Shown: positions 63,308 through 64,000 of the stretch, piece after piece
Position numbering within the stretch: position 1 is the first letter of the stretch
Layout of the letters: each line of letters begins with the position of its first letter
Source: an uncultured virus (IMG/VR IMGVR_UViG_3300028840_003967)
Taxonomy: Duplodnaviria; Heunggongvirae; Uroviricota; Caudoviricetes
Direction: 5' to 3' (one strand)
IMG/VR virus record: IMGVR_UViG_3300028840_003967
Span: 1-64,000 of that record
DNA: 64,000 nucleotides
The notes under the pieces: generated by a model
The model's database searches: none
Told to the model about the DNA's origin: nothing
The model's input: the letters and a program-made list of their open reading frames with translations, nothing else
Position numbers and translations under genes: made by a program

Positions 63308-63799
63308 TTACGCTCTACCTCGCGGTTTGTTTTGGCCTGTTCTTCGAGGAATTTCTGACGGCGCTCCAACTCGGAATCCCTTGCGTTTGAGACTGGACTC
63401 GGTTGAAGGCTTGAGTTTTGTCTTGCCAAACTTTCCCCGCCTTGTGCTGATTGCCCGGATTGAACTTGCGATTGCATTTCGCGGAGCCTTAGCGCCTCTT
63501 CGATCCGGTACTTTACTCTTTCCTTGCGGTGCTTTTCCCTTACCAGCCTGTCCTTTGATGGGCTGCTTCTGCCGGGATTGATCCACGCCATCGGCACGGG
63601 CTTGTGTTGTGGCGGAAGCGGACTCGGGGAACTCTTCAGGGGGTCTTCCACGAGGAACCCTTTCACTCAATTCCTTCGCCCGTTTGTAGAACTTCTTGCC
63701 GCCAGAAACAAAAGAAGCCCCCAATGCGTCTAGGGGGATTCCCTGTGGCGCTCTTTCAGCGTTTTGCAGAGCAATGGCATAGTTGATCTTCTTTGCCAT
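63308..63799 (-). CDS. basic low-complexity protein
   Basis: ATG 3 nt after upstream stop; K/R/G/S-rich. Confidence 0.45.
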   Translation of the reverse strand: MAKKINYAIALQNAERAPQGIPLDALGASFVSGGKKFYKRAKELSERVPRGRPPEEFPESASATTQARADGVDQSRQKQPIKGQAGKGKAPQGKSKVPDRRGAKAPRNAIASSIRAISTRRGKFGKTKLKPSTESSLKRKGFRVGAPSEIPRRTGQNKPRGRA

Positions 63800-63801
63800 T
63801 G

Positions 63802-64000
63802 CTATTTGCTCAAGCGATCAACTCGCGCAGTCTTGCTCGCGCGGTTCCCACCCTTGCCGCTGTACGGACCACCAATGGCCTTCTGCATAGAAGAGCCTGC
63901 ACTTCCGCCGTAAGCAGCATTCCGCCGAGCAGTCACTTTTCTTCCGGTTGGAGACTTCGAATCGCCAGAGCCTGGAACAATGGACTTGCTCTTTCCAGGG
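63802..64000 (-). CDS. partial basic Gly/Ser/Lys-rich protein (5' end outside window)
   Basis: PGKSKSIVPGSGDSKSPTGRK...VDRLSK*. Confidence 0.45.
   Translation of the reverse strand, partial: PGKSKSIVPGSGDSKSPTGRKVTARRNAAYGGSAGSSMQKAIGGPYSGKGGNRASKTARVDRLSK

Overview
This window is a 64-kb internal segment of a tailed dsDNA phage genome, siphovirus-like with a 2011-aa tape measure protein. Nearly all genes lie on the minus strand, so modules are listed in transcription order (right to left). First come basic small proteins and a fibre/decoration cluster containing a high-GC acquired cassette (53-64 kb). Next are two membrane proteins flanking a stand-alone receiver domain, then an intein-containing large terminase, portal, scaffold, major capsid and head-tail/tail genes with a -1 frameshift chaperone pair. 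These are followed by the tape measure protein and a very Cys-rich tail-tip cluster (25-31 kb). After a terminator/promoter boundary near 24.8 kb is a replication/recombination module: SF2 helicase, two UDG-fold genes, initiator with putative ori, DnaC-like loader, DnaB, primase, an SSB with an 88-residue acidic tract, PolA, RecA, resolvases and a Cas4-like exonuclease. The window ends with a 7-deazaguanine pathway (queF, two queC, folE, queD, queE). Inside that cluster is a tRNA gene split in the anticodon arm by a ~220-nt insert with paired ends that carries a frameshifted HNH ORF. No integrase, dpdA/TGT, reverse transcriptase or CRISPR array is visible. All calls come from motif recognition by eye; no database searches were run.
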